A stretch of 64,000 bases of DNA. It comes from Eledone cirrhosa (taxonomy: Eukaryota). The notes under the pieces were generated by a model. That model was not told the DNA's origin. It searched no databases and saw nothing but the letters and a program-made list of their open reading frames with translations. Numbering within the stretch: position 1 is the first letter of the stretch; each line of letters begins with the position of its first letter. Location: contig OZ024744.1 in NCBI GenBank assembly GCA_964016885.1, positions 114,886,001-114,950,000 on the forward strand, given 5' to 3'. A program made the position numbers and the translations under genes. Shown piece after piece: positions 12,001-27,000 of the stretch.

Positions 12001-15000
12001 GCTGTTGCTGCTGCGGTTGGTGTTGTCATCATTACTGTTGTCTGACTTGTCGCTGTTGCTGCTGTGGTTGGTGTTGTCATTGTTTCTGTTGTCTGTCTTG
12101 TCGCTGTTGCTGCTGCGGTTGGTGTTGTCATTGTTTCTGTTGTCTGTCTTGTCGCTGTTGCTGCTGCGGTTGGTGTTGTCATCATTTCTGTTGTCTGACC
12201 TGTCGCTGTTGCTGCTGCGGTTGGTGTTGTCATCATTTCTGTTGTCTGACCTGTCGCTGTTGCTGCTGCGGTTGGTGTTGTCATCATTTCTGTTGTCTGA
12301 CTTGTCGCTCTTGCTGCTGCGGTTGGTGTTGTCATCATTTCTGTTGTCTGACTTGTCGCTGTTGCTGCTGCGGTTGGTGTTGTCATCATTTCTGTTGTCT
12401 CTCTTGTCGCTGTTGCTGCTGCGGTTGGTGTTGTCATCATTTCTGTTGTCTGACTTGTCGCTGTTGCTGCTGCGGTTGGTGTTGTCATTGTTTCTGTTGT
12501 CTGACTTGTCGCTGTTGCTGCTGCGGTTGGTGTTGTCATCATTTCTGTTGTCTGACTTGTCGCTGTTGCTGCTGCAGTTGGTGTTGTCATTGTTTCTGTT
12601 GTCTGTCTTGTCGCTGTTGCTGCTGCAGTTGGTGTTGTCGTCATTTCTGTTGTCTGACTTGTCGCTGTTGCTGCTGCGGTTGGTGTTTTCGTCATTTCTG
12701 TTGTCTGATCTGTCGCTGTTGCTGCTGCGGTTGGTGTTGTCATTGTTTCTGTTGTCTGTCTTGTCGCTGTTGCTGCTGCGGTTGGTGTTGTCATCATTTC
12801 TGTTGTCTGACCTGTCGCTGTTGCTGCTGCGGTTGGTGTTGTCATCATTTCTGTTGTCTGTCTTGTCGCTGTTGCTGCTGCAGTTGGTGTTGTCATCATT
12901 TCTGTTGTCTGACTTGTCGCTGTCGCTGCTGCGGTTGGTGTTGTCATTGTTTCTGTTGTCTGACCTGTCGCTGTTGCTGCTGCAGTTGGTGTTGTCATCA
13001 TTTCTGTTGTCTGACTTGTCGCTGTTGCTGCTGCGGTTGGTGTTGTCATTGTTTCTGTTGTCTGACCTGTCGCTGTTGCTGCTGTGGTTGGTGTTGTCAT
13101 CATTTCTGTTGTCTGTCTTGTCGCTGTTGCTGCTGCAGTTGGTGTTGTCATCGTTTCTGTTGTCTGACTTGTCGCTGTTGCTGCTGCGGTTGGTGTTGTC
13201 ATTGTTTCTGTTGTCTGACCTGTCGCTGTTGCTGCTGTGGTTGGTGTTGTCATCATTTCTGTTGTCTGTCTTGTCGCTGTTGCTGCTGCAGTTGGTGTTG
13301 TCATCATTTCTGTTGTCTGACTTGTCGCTGTTGCTGCTGCGGTTGGTGTTGTCATTGTTTCTGTTGTCTGACTTGTCGCTGTTGCTGCTGCGGTTGGTGT
13401 TGTCGTCATTTCTGTTGTCTGACTTGTCGCTGTTGCTGCTGCAGTTGGTGTTGTCATCATTTCTGTTGTCTGACTTGTCGCTGTTGCTGCTGCGGTTGGT
13501 GTTGTCATTGTTTCTGTTGTCTGACTTGTCGCTGTTGCTGCTGCGGTTGGTGTTGTCATCATTTCTGTTGTCTGTCTTGTGGCTGTTGCTGCTGCGGTTG
13601 GTGTTGTCATCATTTCTGTTGTCTGACTTGTCGCTGTTGCTGCTGTGGTTGGTGTTGTCATTGTTTCTGTTGTCTGTCTTGTCGCTGTTGCTGCTGCGGT
13701 TGGTGTTGTCATTGTTTCTGTTGTCTGACTTGTCGCTGTTGCTGCTGCGGTTGGTGTTGTCATCATTTCTGTTGTCTGTCTTGTCGCTGTTGCTGCTGCG
13801 GTTGGTGTTGTCATTGTTTCTGTTGTCTGTCTTGTCGCTGTTGCTGCTGCGGTTGGTGTTGTCATCATTTCTGTTGTCTGACTTGTCGCTGTTGCTGCTG
13901 CGGTTGGTGTTGTCATTGTTTCTGTTGTCTGACTTGTCGCTGTTGCTGCTGTGGTTGGTGTTGTCATCATTTCTGTTGTCTGACTTGTCGCTGTTGCTGC
14001 TGCGGTTGGTGTTGTCATCATTTCTGTTGTCTGACTTGTCGCTGTTGCTGCTGCGGTTGGTGTTGTCATTGTTTCTGTTGTCTGTCTTGTCGCTGTTGCT
14101 GCTGCGGTTGGTGTTGTCATTGTTTCTGTTGTCTGACTTGTCGCTGTTGCTGCTGCGGCTGGTGTTGTCATCATTTCTGTTGTCTGACCTGTCGCTGTTG
14201 CTGCTGCGGTTGGTGTTGTCATTGTTTCTGTTGTCTGACTTGTCGCTGTTGCTGCTGCGGTTGGTGTTGTCATCATTTCTGTTGTCTGTCTTGTCGCTGT
14301 TGCTGCTGCGGTTGGTGTTGTCATTGTTTCTGTTGTCTGTCTTGTCGCTGTTGCTGCTGCGGTTGGTGTTGTCATCATTTCTGTTGTCTGACTTGTCGCT
14401 GTTGCTGCTGCGGTTGGTGTTGTCATTGTTTCTGTTGTCTGACTTGTCGCTGTTGCTGCTGCGGTTGGTGTTGTCATCATTTCTGTTGTCTGTCTTGTGG
14501 CTGTTGCTGCTGCGGTTGGTGTTGTCATCATTTCTGTTGTCTGACTTGTCGCTGTTGCTGCTGCAGTTGGTGTTGTCATTGTTTCTGTTGTCTGTCTTGT
14601 CGCTGTTGCTGCTGCGGTTGGTGTTGTCATCATTTCTGTTGTCTGACTTGTCGCTGTTGCTGCTGCGGTTGGTGTTGTCATTGTTTCTGTTGTCTGACTT
14701 GTCGCTGTTGCTGCTGTGGTTGGTGTTGTCTTCATTTCTGTTGTCTGACTTGTCGCTGTTGCTGCTGCGGTTGGTGTTGTCATCATTTCTGTTGTCTGAC
14801 TTGTCGCTGTTGCTGCTGCGGTTGGTATTGTCATTGTTTCTGTTGTCTGACTTGTCGCTGTTGCTGCTGCGGTTGGTGTCGTCATCATTTCTGTTGTCTG
14901 ACTTGTCGCTGTTGCTGCTGCAGTTGGTGTTGTCATTGTTTCTGTTGTCTGACTTGTCGCTGTTGCTGCTGCGGTTGGTGTTGTCATTGTTTCTGTTGTC

Positions 15001-18000
15001 TGACTTGTCGCTGTTGCTGCTGCGGTTGGTGTTGTCATCATTTCTGTTGTCTGACTTGTCGCTGTTGCTGCTGCGGTTGGTGTTGTCATTGTTTCTGTTG
15101 TCTGTCTTGTCGCTGTTGCTGCTGCGGTTGGTGTTGTCATCATTTCTGTTGTCTGACTTGTCGCTGTTGCTGCTGCGGTTGGTGTTGTCATTGTTTCTGT
15201 TGTCTGTCTTGTCGCTGTTGCTGCTGCGGTTGGTGTTGTCATCATTTCTGTTGTCTGACTTGTCGCTGTTGCTGCTGCGGTTGGTGTTGTCATTGTTTCT
15301 GTTGTCTGACTTGTCGCTGTTGCTGCTGTGGTTGGTGTTGTCATCATCTCTGTTGTCTGACTTGTCGCTGTTGCTGCTGCGGTTGGTGTTGTCATCATTT
15401 CTGTTGTCTGACCTGTCGCTGTTGCTGCTGCGGTTGGTGTTGTCATTGTTTCTGTTGTCTGACTTGTCGCTGTTGCTGCTGCGGTTGGTGTTGTCATTGT
15501 TTCTGTTGTCTGACTTGTCGCTGTTGCTGCTGCGGTTGGTGTTGTCATTGTTTCTGTTGTCTGACTTGTCGCTGTTGCTGCTGCGGTTGGTGTTGTCATT
15601 GTTTCTGTTGTCTGACTTGTCGCTGTTGCTGCTGCGGTTGGTGTTGTCATTGTTTCTGTTGTCTGACCTGTCGCTGTTGCTGCTGCGGTTGGTGTTGTCA
15701 TCATTACTGTTGTCTGACTTGTCGCTGTTGCTGCTGTGGTTGGTGTTGTCATTGTTTCTGTTGTCTGTCTTGTCGCTGTTGCTGCTGCGGTTGGTGTTGT
15801 CATTGTTTCTGTTGTCTGTCTTGTCGCTGTTGCTGCTGCGGTTGGTGTTGTCAGCATTTCTGTTGTCTGACCTGTCGCTGTTGCTGCTGCGGTTGGTGTT
15901 GTCATCATTTCTGTTGTCTGACCTGTCGCTGTTGCTGCTGCGGTTGGTGTTGTCATCATTTCTGTTGTCTGACTTGTCGCTCTTGCTGCTGCGGTTGGTG
16001 TTGTCATCATTTCTGTTGTCTGACTTGTCGCTGTTGCTGCTGCGGTTGGTGTTGTCATCATTTCTGTTGTCTGTCTTGTCGCTGTTGCTGCTGCGGTTGG
16101 TGTTGTCATCATTTCTGTTGTCTGACTTGTCGCTGTTGCTGCTGCGGTTGGTGTTGTCATTGTTTCTGTTGTCTGACTTGTCGCTGTTGCTGCTGCGGTT
16201 GGTGTTGTCATCATTTCTGTTGTCTGACTTGTCGCTGTTGCTGCTGCAGTTGGTGTTGTCATTGTTTCTGTTGTCTCTCTTGTCGCTGTTGCTGCTGCGG
16301 TTGGTGTTTTCGTCATTTCTGTTGTCTGACCTGTCGCTGTTGCTGCTGCGGTTGGTGTTGTCATTGTTTCTGTTGTCTGACCTGTCGCTGTTGCTGCTGT
16401 GGTTGGTGTTGTCATCATTTCTGTTGTCTGTCTTGTCGCTGTTGCTGCTGCAGTTGGTGTTGTCATCATTTCTGTTGTCTGACTTGTCGCTGTTGCTGCT
16501 GCGGTTGGTGTTGTCATCATTTCTGTTGTCTGACTTGTCGCTGTTGCTGCTGCGGTTGGTGTTGTCATTGTTTCTGTTGTCTGACTTGTCGCTGTTGCTG
16601 CTGTGGTTGGTGTTGTCATCATTTCTGTTGTCTGACTTGTCGCTGTTGCTGCTGCGGTTGGTGTTGTCATCATTTCTGTTGTCTGACTTGTCGCTGTTGC
16701 TGCTGCGGTTGGTGTTGTCATTGTTTCTGTTGTCTGTCTTGTCGCTGTTGCTGCTGCGGTTGGTGTTGTCATTGTTTCTGTTGTCTGACTTGTCGCTGTT
16801 GCTGCTGCGGCTGGTGTTGTCATCATTTCTGTTGTCTGACCTGTCGCTGTTGCTGCTGCGGTTGGTGTTGTCATTGTTTCTGTTGTCTGACTTGTCGCTG
16901 TTGCTGCTGCGGTTGGTGTTGTCATCATTTCTGTTGTCTGTCTTGTCGCTGTTGCTGCTGCGGTTGGTGTTGTCATTGTTTCTGTTGTCTGTCTTGTCGC
17001 TGTTGCTGCTGCGGTTGGTGTTGTCATCATTTCTGTTGTCTGACTTGTCGCTGTTGCTGCTGCGGTTGGTGTTGTCATTGTTTCTGTTGTCTGACTTGTC
17101 GCTGTTGCTGCTGCGGTTGGTGTTGTCATCATTTCTGTTGTCTGTCTTGTGGCTGTTGCTGCTGCGGTTGGTGTTGTCATCATTTCTGTTGTCTGACTTG
17201 TCGCTGTTGCTGCTGCAGTTGGTGTTGTCATTGTTTCTGTTGTCTGTCTTGTCGCTGTTGCTGCTGCGGTTGGTGTTGTCATCATTTCTGTTGTCTGACT
17301 TGTCGCTGTTGCTGCTGCGGTTGGTGTTGTCATTGTTTCTGTTGTCTGACTTGTCGCTGTTGCTGCTGTGGTTGGTGTTGTCTTCATTTCTGTTGTCTGA
17401 CTTGTCGCTGTTGCTGCTGCGGTTGGTGTTGTCATCATTTCTGTTGTCTGACTTGTCGCTGTTGCTGCTGCGGTTGGTGTTGTCATTGTTTCTGTTGTCT
17501 GACTTGTCGCTGTTGCTGCTGCGGTTGGTGTCGTCATCATTTCTGTTGTCTGACTTGTCGCTGTTGCTGCTGCAGTTGGTGTTGTCATTGTTTCTGTTGT
17601 CTGACTTGTCGCTGTTGCTGCTGCGGTTGGTGTTGTCATTGTTTCTGTTGTCTGACTTGTCGCTGTTGCTGCTGCGGTTGGTGTTGTCATCATTTCTGTT
17701 GTCTGACTTGTCGCTGTTGCTGCTGCGGTTGGTGTTGTCATTGTTTCTGTTGTCTGTCTTGTCGCTGTTGCTGCTGCGGTTGGTGTTGTCATCATTTCTG
17801 TTGTCTGACTTGTCGCTGTTGCTGCTGCGGTTGGTGTTGTCATTGTTTCTGTTGTCTGTCTTGTCGCTGTTGCTGCTGCGGTTGGTGTTGTCATCATTTC
17901 TGTTGTCTGACTTGTCGCTGTTGCTGCTGCGGTTGGTGTTGTCATTGTTTCTGTTGTCTGACTTGTCGCTGTTGCTGCTGTGGTTGGTGTTGTCATCATC

Positions 18001-21000
18001 TCTGTTGTCTGACTTGTCTCTGTTGCTGCTGCGGTTGGTGTTGTCATCATTTCTGTTGTCTGACTTGTCGCTGTTGCTGCTGTGGTTGGTGTTGTCTTCA
18101 TTTCTGTTGTCTGACTTGTCGCTGTTGCTGCTGCGGTTGGTGTTGTCATCATTTCTGTTGTCTGACTTGTCGCTGTTGCTGCTGCGGTTGGTGTTGTCAT
18201 TGTTTCTGTTGTCTGACTTGTCGCTGTTGCTGCTGCGGTTGGTGTCGTCATCATTTCTGTTGTCTGACTTGTCGCTGTTGCTGCTGCAGTTGGTGTTGTC
18301 ATTGTTTCTGTTGTCTGACTTGTCGCTGTTGCTGCTGCGGTTGGTGTTGTCATTGTTTCTGTTGTCTGACTTGTCGCTGTTGCTGCTGCGGTTGGTGTTG
18401 TCATCATTTCTGTTGTCTGACTTGTCGCTGTTGCTGCTGCGGTTGGTGTTGTCATTGTTTCTGTTGTCTGTCTTGTCGCTGTTGCTGCTGCGGTTGGTGT
18501 TGTCATCATTTCTGTTGTCTGACTTGTCGCTGTTGCTGCTGCGGTTGGTGTTGTCATTGTTTCTGTTGTCTGTCTTGTCGCTGTTGCTGCTGCGGTTGGT
18601 GTTGTCATCATTTCTGTTGTCTGACTTGTCGCTGTTGCTGCTGCGGTTGGTGTTGTCATTGTTTCTGTTGTCTGACTTGTCGCTGTTGCTGCTGTGGTTG
18701 GTGTTGTCATCATCTCTGTTGTCTGACTTGTCGCTGTTGCTGCTGCGGTTGGTGTTGTCATCATTTCTGTTGTCTGACCTGTCGCTGTTGCTGCTGCGGT
18801 TGGTGTTGTCATTGTTTCTGTTGTCTGACTTGTCGCTGTTGCTGCTGCGGTTGGTGTTGTCATTGTTTCTGTTGTCTGACTTGTCGCTGTTGCTGCTGCG
18901 GTTGGTGTTGTCATTGTTTCTGTTGTCTGACTTGTCGCTGTTGCTGCTGCGGTTGGTGTTGTCATTGTTTCTGTTGTCTGACTTGTCGCTGTTGCTGCTG
19001 CGGTTGGTGTTGTCATTGTTTCTGTTGTCTGACCTGTCGCTGTTGCTGCTGCGGTTGGTGTTGTCATCATTACTGTTGTCTGACTTGTCGCTGTTGCTGC
19101 TGCAGTTGGTGTTGTCATTGTTTCTGTTGTCTGACTTGTCGCTGTTGCTGCTGCGGTTGGTGTTGTCATTGTTTCTGTTGTCTGACTTGTCGCTGTTGCT
19201 GCTGCGGTTGGTGTTGTCATCATTTCTGTTGTCTGACTTGTCGCTGTTGCTGCTGCGGTTGGTGTTGTCATTGTTTCTGTTGTCTGTCTTGTCGCTGTTG
19301 CTGCTGCGGTTGGTGTTGTCATCATTTCTGTTGTCTGACTTGTCGCTGTTGCTGCTGCGGTTGGTGTTGTCATTGTTTCTGTTGTCTGTCTTGTCGCTGT
19401 TGCTGCTGCGGTTGGTGTTGTCATCATTTCTGTTGTCTGACTTGTCGCTGTTGCTGCTGCGGTTGGTGTTGTCATTGTTTCTGTTGTCTGACTTGTCGCT
19501 GTTGCTGCTGTGGTTGGTGTTGTCATCATCTCTGTTGTCTGACTTGTCTCTGTTGCTGCTGCGGTTGGTGTTGTCATCATTTCTGTTGTCTGACTTGTCG
19601 CTGTTGCTGCTGTGGTTGGTGTTGTCTTCATTTCTGTTGTCTGACTTGTCGCTGTTGCTGCTGCGGTTGGTGTTGTCATCATTTCTGTTGTCTGACTTGT
19701 CGCTGTTGCTGCTGCGGTTGGTGTTGTCATTGTTTCTGTTGTCTGACTTGTCGCTGTTGCTGCTGCGGTTGGTGTCGTCATCATTTCTGTTGTCTGACTT
19801 GTCGCTGTTGCTGCTGCAGTTGGTGTTGTCATTGTTTCTGTTGTCTGACTTGTCGCTGTTGCTGCTGCGGTTGGTGTTGTCATTGTTTCTGTTGTCTGAC
19901 TTGTCGCTGTTGCTGCTGCGGTTGGTGTTGTCATCATTTCTGTTGTCTGACTTGTCGCTGTTGCTGCTGCGGTTGGTGTTGTCATTGTTTCTGTTGTCTG
20001 TCTTGTCGCTGTTGCTGCTGCGGTTGGTGTTGTCATCATTTCTGTTGTCTGACTTGTCGCTGTTGCTGCTGCGGTTGGTGTTGTCATTGTTTCTGTTGTC
20101 TGTCTTGTCGCTGTTGCTGCTGCGGTTGGTGTTGTCATCATTTCTGTTGTCTGACTTGTCGCTGTTGCTGCTGCGGTTGGTGTTGTCATTGTTTCTGTTG
20201 TCTGACTTGTCGCTGTTGCTGCTGTGGTTGGTGTTGTCATCATCTCTGTTGTCTGACTTGTCGCTGTTGCTGCTGCGGTTGGTGTTGTCATCATTTCTGT
20301 TGTCTGACCTGTCGCTGTTGCTGCTGCGGTTGGTGTTGTCATTGTTTCTGTTGTCTGACTTGTCGCTGTTGCTGCTGCGGTTGGTGTTGTCATTGTTTCT
20401 GTTGTCTGACTTGTCGCTGTTGCTGCTGCGGTTGGTGTTGTCATTGTTTCTGTTGTCTGACTTGTCGCTGTTGCTGCTGCGGTTGGTGTTGTCATTGTTT
20501 CTGTTGTCTGACTTGTCGCTGTTGCTGCTGCGGTTGGTGTTGTCATTGTTTCTGTTGTCTGACCTGTCGCTGTTGCTGCTGCGGTTGGTGTTGTCATCAT
20601 TACTGTTGTCTGACTTGTCGCTGTTGCTGCTGCAGTTGGTGTTGTCATTGTTTCTGTTGTCTGACTTGTCGCTGTTGCTGCTGCGGTTGGTGTTGTCATT
20701 GTTTCTGTTGTCTGACTTGTCGCTGTTGCTGCTGCGGTTGGTGTTGTCATCATTTCTGTTGTCTGACTTGTCGCTGTTGCTGCTGCGGTTGGTGTTGTCA
20801 TTGTTTCTGTTGTCTGTCTTGTCGCTGTTGCTGCTGCGGTTGGTGTTGTCATCATTTCTGTTGTCTGACTTGTCGCTGTTGCTGCTGCGGTTGGTGTTGT
20901 CATTGTTTCTGTTGTCTGTCTTGTCGCTGTTGCTGCTGCGGTTGGTGTTGTCATCATTTCTGTTGTCTGACTTGTCGCTGTTGCTGCTGCGGTTGGTGTT

Positions 21001-24000
21001 GTCATTGTTTCTGTTGTCTGACTTGTCGCTGTTGCTGCTGTGGTTGGTGTTGTCATCATCTCTGTTGTCTGACTTGTCTCTGTTGCTGCTGCGGTTGGTG
21101 TTGTCATCATTTCTGTTGTCTGACTTGTCGCTGTTGCTGCTGTGGTTGGTGTTGTCTTCATTTCTGTTGTCTGACTTGTCGCTGTTGCTGCTGCGGTTGG
21201 TGTTGTCATCATTTCTGTTGTCTGACTTGTCGCTGTTGCTGCTGCGGTTGGTGTTGTCATTGTTTCTGTTGTCTGACTTGTCGCTGTTGCTGCTGCGGTT
21301 GGTGTCGTCATCATTTCTGTTGTCTGACTTGTCGCTGTTGCTGCTGCAGTTGGTGTTGTCATTGTTTCTGTTGTCTGACTTGTCGCTGTTGCTGCTGCGG
21401 TTGGTGTTGTCATTGTTTCTGTTGTCTGACTTGTCGCTGTTGCTGCTGCGGTTGGTGTTGTCATCATTTCTGTTGTCTGACTTGTCGCTGTTGCTGCTGC
21501 GGTTGGTGTTGTCATTGTTTCTGTTGTCTGTCTTGTCGCTGTTGCTGCTGCGGTTGGTGTTGTCATCATTTCTGTTGTCTGACTTGTCGCTGTTGCTGCT
21601 GCGGTTGGTGTTGTCATTGTTTCTGTTGTCTGTCTTGTCGCTGTTGCTGCTGCGGTTGGTGTTGTCATCATTTCTGTTGTCTGACTTGTCGCTGTTGCTG
21701 CTGCGGTTGGTGTTGTCATTGTTTCTGTTGTCTGACTTGTCGCTGTTGCTGCTGTGGTTGGTGTTGTCATCATCTCTGTTGTCTGACTTGTCGCTGTTGC
21801 TGCTGCGGTTGGTGTTGTCATCATTTCTGTTGTCTGACCTGTCGCTGTTGCTGCTGCGGTTGGTGTTGTCATTGTTTCTGTTGTCTGACTTGTCGCTGTT
21901 GCTGCTGCGGTTGGTGTTGTCATTGTTTCTGTTGTCTGACTTGTCGCTGTTGCTGCTGCGGTTGGTGTTGTCATTGTTTCTGTTGTCTGACTTGTCGCTG
22001 TTGCTGCTGCGGTTGGTGTTGTCATTGTTTCTGTTGTCTGACTTGTCGCTGTTGCTGCTGCGGTTGGTGTTGTCATTGTTTCTGTTGTCTGACCTGTCGC
22101 TGTTGCTGCTGCGGTTGGTGTTGTCATCATTACTGTTGTCTGACTTGTCGCTGTTGCTGCTGTGGTTGGTGTTGTCATTGTTTCTGTTGTCTGTCTTGTC
22201 GCTGTTGCTGCTGCGGTTGGTGTTGTCATTGTTTCTGTTGTCTGTCTTGTCGCTGTTGCTGCTGCGGTTGGTGTTGTCATCATTTCTGTTGTCTGACCTG
22301 TCGCTGTTGCTGCTGCGGTTGGTGTTGTCATCATTTCTGTTGTCTGACCTGTCGCTGTTGCTGCTGCGGTTGGTGTTGTCATCATTTCTGTTGTCTGACT
22401 TGTCGCTCTTGCTGCTGCGGTTGGTGTTGTCATCATTTCTGTTGTCTGACTTGTCGCTGTTGCTGCTGCGGTTGGTGTTGTCATCATTTCTGTTGTCTGT
22501 CTTGTCGCTGTTGCTGCTGCGGTTGGTGTTGTCATCATTTCTGTTGTCTGACTTGTCGCTGTTGCTGCTGCGGTTGGTGTTGTCATTGTTTCTGTTGTCT
22601 GACTTGTCGCTGTTGCTGCTGCGGTTGGTGTTGTCATCATTTCTGTTGTCTGACTTGTCGCTGTTGCTGCTGCAGTTGGTGTTGTCATTGTTTCTGTTGT
22701 CTCTCTCGTCGCTGTTGCTGCTGCGGTTGGTGTTTTCGTCATTTCTGTTGTCTGACCTGTCGCTGTTGCTGCTGCGGTTGGTGTTGTCATTGTTTCTGTT
22801 GTCTGACCTGTCGCTGTTGCTGCTGTGGTTGGTGTTGTCATCATTTCTGTTGTCTGTCTTGTCGCTGTTGCTGCTGCAGTTGGTGTTGTCATCATTTCTG
22901 TTGTCTGACTTGTCGCTGTTGCTGCTGCGGTTGGTGTTGTCATCATTTCTGTTGTCTGACTTGTCGCTGTTGCTGCTGCGGTTGGTGTTGTCATTGTTTC
23001 TGTTGTCTGACTTGTCGCTGTTGCTGCTGTGGTTGGTGAAGTCATCATTTCTGTTGTCTGACTTGTCGCTGTTGCTGCTGCGGTTGGTGTTGTCATCATT
23101 TCTGTTGTCTGACTTGTCGCTGTTGCTGCTGCGGTTGGTGTTGTCATTGTTTCTGTTGTCTGTCTTGTCGCTGTTGCTGCTGCGGTTGGTGTTGTCATTG
23201 TTTCTGTTGTCTGACTTGTCGCTGTTGCTGCTGCGGCTGGTGTTGTCATCATTTCTGTTGTCTGACCTGTCGCTGTTGCTGCTGCGGTTGGTGTTGTCAT
23301 TGTTTCTGTTGTCTGACTTGTCGCTGTTGCTGCTGCGGTTGGTGTTGTCATCATTTCTGTTGTCTGTCTTGTCGCTGTTGCTGCTGCGGTTGGTGTTGTC
23401 ATTGTTTCTGTTGTCTGTCTTGTCGCTGTTGCTGCTGCGGTTGGTGTTGTCATCATTTCTGTTGTCTGACTTGTCGCTGTTGCTGCTGCGGTTGGTGTTG
23501 TCATTGTTTCTGTTGTCTGACTTGTCGCTGTTGCTGCTGCGGTTGGTGTTGTCATCATTTCTGTTGTCTGTCTTGTGGCTGTTGCTGCTGCGGTTGGTGT
23601 TGTCATCATTTCTGTTGTCTGACTTGTCGCTGTTGCTGCTGCAGTTGGTGTTGTCATTGTTTCTGTTGTCTGTCTTGTCGCTGTTGCTGCTGCGGTTGGT
23701 GTTGTCATCATTTTTGTTGTCTGACTTGTCGCTGTTGCTGCTGCGGTTGGTGTTGTCATTGTTTCTGTTGTCTGACTTGTCGCTGTTGCTGCTGTGGTTG
23801 GTGTTGTCTTCATTTCTGTTGTCTGACTTGTCGCTGTTGCTGCTGCGGTTGGTGTTGTCATCATTTCTGTTGTCTGACTTGTCGCTGTTGCTGCTGCGGT
23901 TGGTGTTGTCATTGTTTCTGTTGTCTGACTTGTCGCTGTTGCTGCTGCGGTTGGTGTCGTCATCATTTCTGTTGTCTGACTTGTCGCTGTTGCTGCTGCA

Positions 24001-27000
24001 GTTGGTGTTGTCATTGTTTCTGTTGTCTGACTTGTCGCTGTTGCTGCTGCGGTTGGTGTTGTCATTGTTTCTGTTGTCTGACTTGTCGCTGTTGCTGCTG
24101 CGGTTGGTGTTGTCATCATTTCTGTTGTCTGACTTGTCGCTGTTGCTGCTGCGGTTGGTGTTGTCATCATTTCTGTTGTCTGACTTGTCGCTGTTGCTGC
24201 TGCGGTTGGTGTTGTCATTGTTTCTGTTGTCTGTCTTGTCGCTGTTGCTGCTGCGGTTGGTGTTGTCATCATTTCTGTTGTCTGACTTGTCGCTGTTGCT
24301 GCTGCGGTTGGTGTTGTCATTGTTTCTGTTGTCTGTCTTGTCGCTGTTGCTGCTGCGGTTGGTGTTGTCATCATTTCTGTTGTCTGACTTGTCGCTGTTG
24401 CTGCTGCGGTTGGTGTTGTCATTGTTTCTGTTGTCTGTCTTGTCGCTGTTGCTGCTGCGGTTGGTGTTGTCATCATTTCTGTTGTCTGACTTGTCGCTGT
24501 TGCTGCTGCGGTTGGTGTTGTCATTGTTTCTGTTGTCTGACTTGTCGCTGTTGCTGCTGTGGTTGGTGTTGTCATCATCTCTGTTGTCTGACTTGTCGCT
24601 GTTGCTGCTGCGGTTGGTGTTGTCATCATTTCTGTTGTCTGACCTGTCGCTGTTGCTGCTGCGGTTGGTGTTGTCATTGTTTCTGTTGTCTGACTTGTCG
24701 CTGTTGCTGCTGCGGTTGGTGTTGTCATTGTTTCTGTTGTCTGACTTGTCGCTGTTGCTGCTGCGGTTGGTGTTGTCATTGTTTCTGTTGTCTGACTTGT
24801 CGCTGTTGCTGCTGCGGTTGGTGTTGTCATTGTTTCTGTTGTCTGACTTGTCGCTGTTGCTGCTGCGGTTGGTGTTGTCATTGTTTCTGTTGTCTGACCT
24901 GTCGCTGTTGCTGCTGCGGTTGGTGTTGTCATCATTACTGTTGTCTGACTTGTCGCTGTTGCTGCTGCAGTTGGTGTTGTCATTGTTTCTGTTGTCTGAC
25001 TTGTCGCTGTTGCTGCTGCGGTTGGTGTTGTCATTGTTTCTGTTGTCTGACTTGTCGCTGTTGCTGCTGCGGTTGGTGTTGTCATCATTTCTGTTGTCTG
25101 ACTTGTCGCTGTTGCTGCTGCGGTTGGTGTTGTCATTGTTTCTGTTGTCTGTCTTGTCGCTGTTGCTGCTGCGGTTGGTGTTGTCATCATTTCTGTTGTC
25201 TGACTTGTCGCTGTTGCTGCTGCGGTTGGTGTTGTCATTGTTTCTGTTGTCTGTCTTGTCGCTGTTGCTGCTGCGGTTGGTGTTGTCATCATTTCTGTTG
25301 TCTGACTTGTCGCTGTTGCTGCTGCGGTTGGTGTTGTCATTGTTTCTGTTGTCTGACTTGTCGCTGTTGCTGCTGTGGTTGGTGTTGTCATCATCTCTGT
25401 TGTCTGACTTGTCTCTGTTGCTGCTGCGGTTGGTGTTGTCATCATTTCTGTTGTCTGACTTGTCGCTGTTGCTGCTGTGGTTGGTGTTGTCTTCATTTCT
25501 GTTGTCTGACTTGTCGCTGTTGCTGCTGCGGTTGGTGTTGTCATCATTTCTGTTGTCTGACTTGTCGCTGTTGCTGCTGCGGTTGGTGTTGTCATTGTTT
25601 CTGTTGTCTGACTTGTCGCTGTTGCTGCTGCGGTTGGTGTCGTCATCATTTCTGTTGTCTGACTTGTCGCTGTTGCTGCTGCAGTTGGTGTTGTCATTGT
25701 TTCTGTTGTCTGACTTGTCGCTGTTGCTGCTGCGGTTGGTGTTGTCATTGTTTCTGTTGTCTGACTTGTCGCTGTTGCTGCTGCGGTTGGTGTTGTCATC
25801 ATTTCTGTTGTCTGACTTGTCGCTGTTGCTGCTGCGGTTGGTGTTGTCATTGTTTCTGTTGTCTGTCTTGTCGCTGTTGCTGCTGCGGTTGGTGTTGTCA
25901 TCATTTCTGTTGTCTGACTTGTCGCTGTTGCTGCTGCGGTTGGTGTTGTCATTGTTTCTGTTGTCTGTCTTGTCGCTGTTGCTGCTGCGGTTGGTGTTGT
26001 CATCATTTCTGTTGTCTGACTTGTCGCTGTTGCTGCTGCGGTTGGTGTTGTCATTGTTTCTGTTGTCTGACTTGTCGCTGTTGCTGCTGTGGTTGGTGTT
26101 GTCATCATCTCTGTTGTCTGACTTGTCGCTGTTGCTGCTGCGGTTGGTGTTGTCATCATTTCTGTTGTCTGACCTGTCGCTGTTGCTGCTGCGGTTGGTG
26201 TTGTCATTGTTTCTGTTGTCTGACTTGTCGCTGTTGCTGCTGCGGTTGGTGTTGTCATTGTTTCTGTTGTCTGACTTGTCGCTGTTGCTGCTGCGGTTGG
26301 TGTTGTCATTGTTTCTGTTGTCTGACTTGTCGCTGTTGCTGCTGCGGTTGGTGTTGTCATTGTTTCTGTTGTCTGACTTGTCGCTGTTGCTGCTGCGGTT
26401 GGTGTTGTCATTGTTTCTGTTGTCTGACCTGTCGCTGTTGCTGCTGCGGTTGGTGTTGTCATCATTACTGTTGTCTGACTTGTCGCTGTTGCTGCTGTGG
26501 TTGGTGTTGTCATTGTTTCTGTTGTCTGTCTTGTCGCTGTTGCTGCTGCGGTTGGTGTTGTCATTGTTTCTGTTGTCTGTCTTGTCGCTGTTGCTGCTGC
26601 GGTTGGTGTTGTCATCATTTCTGTTGTCTGACCTGTCGCTGTTGCTGCTGCGGTTGGTGTTGTCATCATTTCTGTTGTCTGACCTGTCGCTGTTGCTGCT
26701 GCGGTTGGTGTTGTCATCATTTCTGTTGTCTGACTTGTCGCTCTTGCTGCTGCGGTTGGTGTTGTCATCATTTCTGTTGTCTGACTTGTCGCTGTTGCTG
26801 CTGCGGTTGGTGTTGTCATCATTTCTGTTGTCTGTCTTGTCGCTGTTGCTGCTGCGGTTGGTGTTGTCATCATTTCTGTTGTCTGACTTGTCGCTGTTGC
26901 TGCTGCGGTTGGTGTTGTCATTGTTTCTGTTGTCTGACTTGTCGCTGTTGCTGCTGCGGTTGGTGTTGTCATCATTTCTGTTGTCTGACTTGTCGCTGTT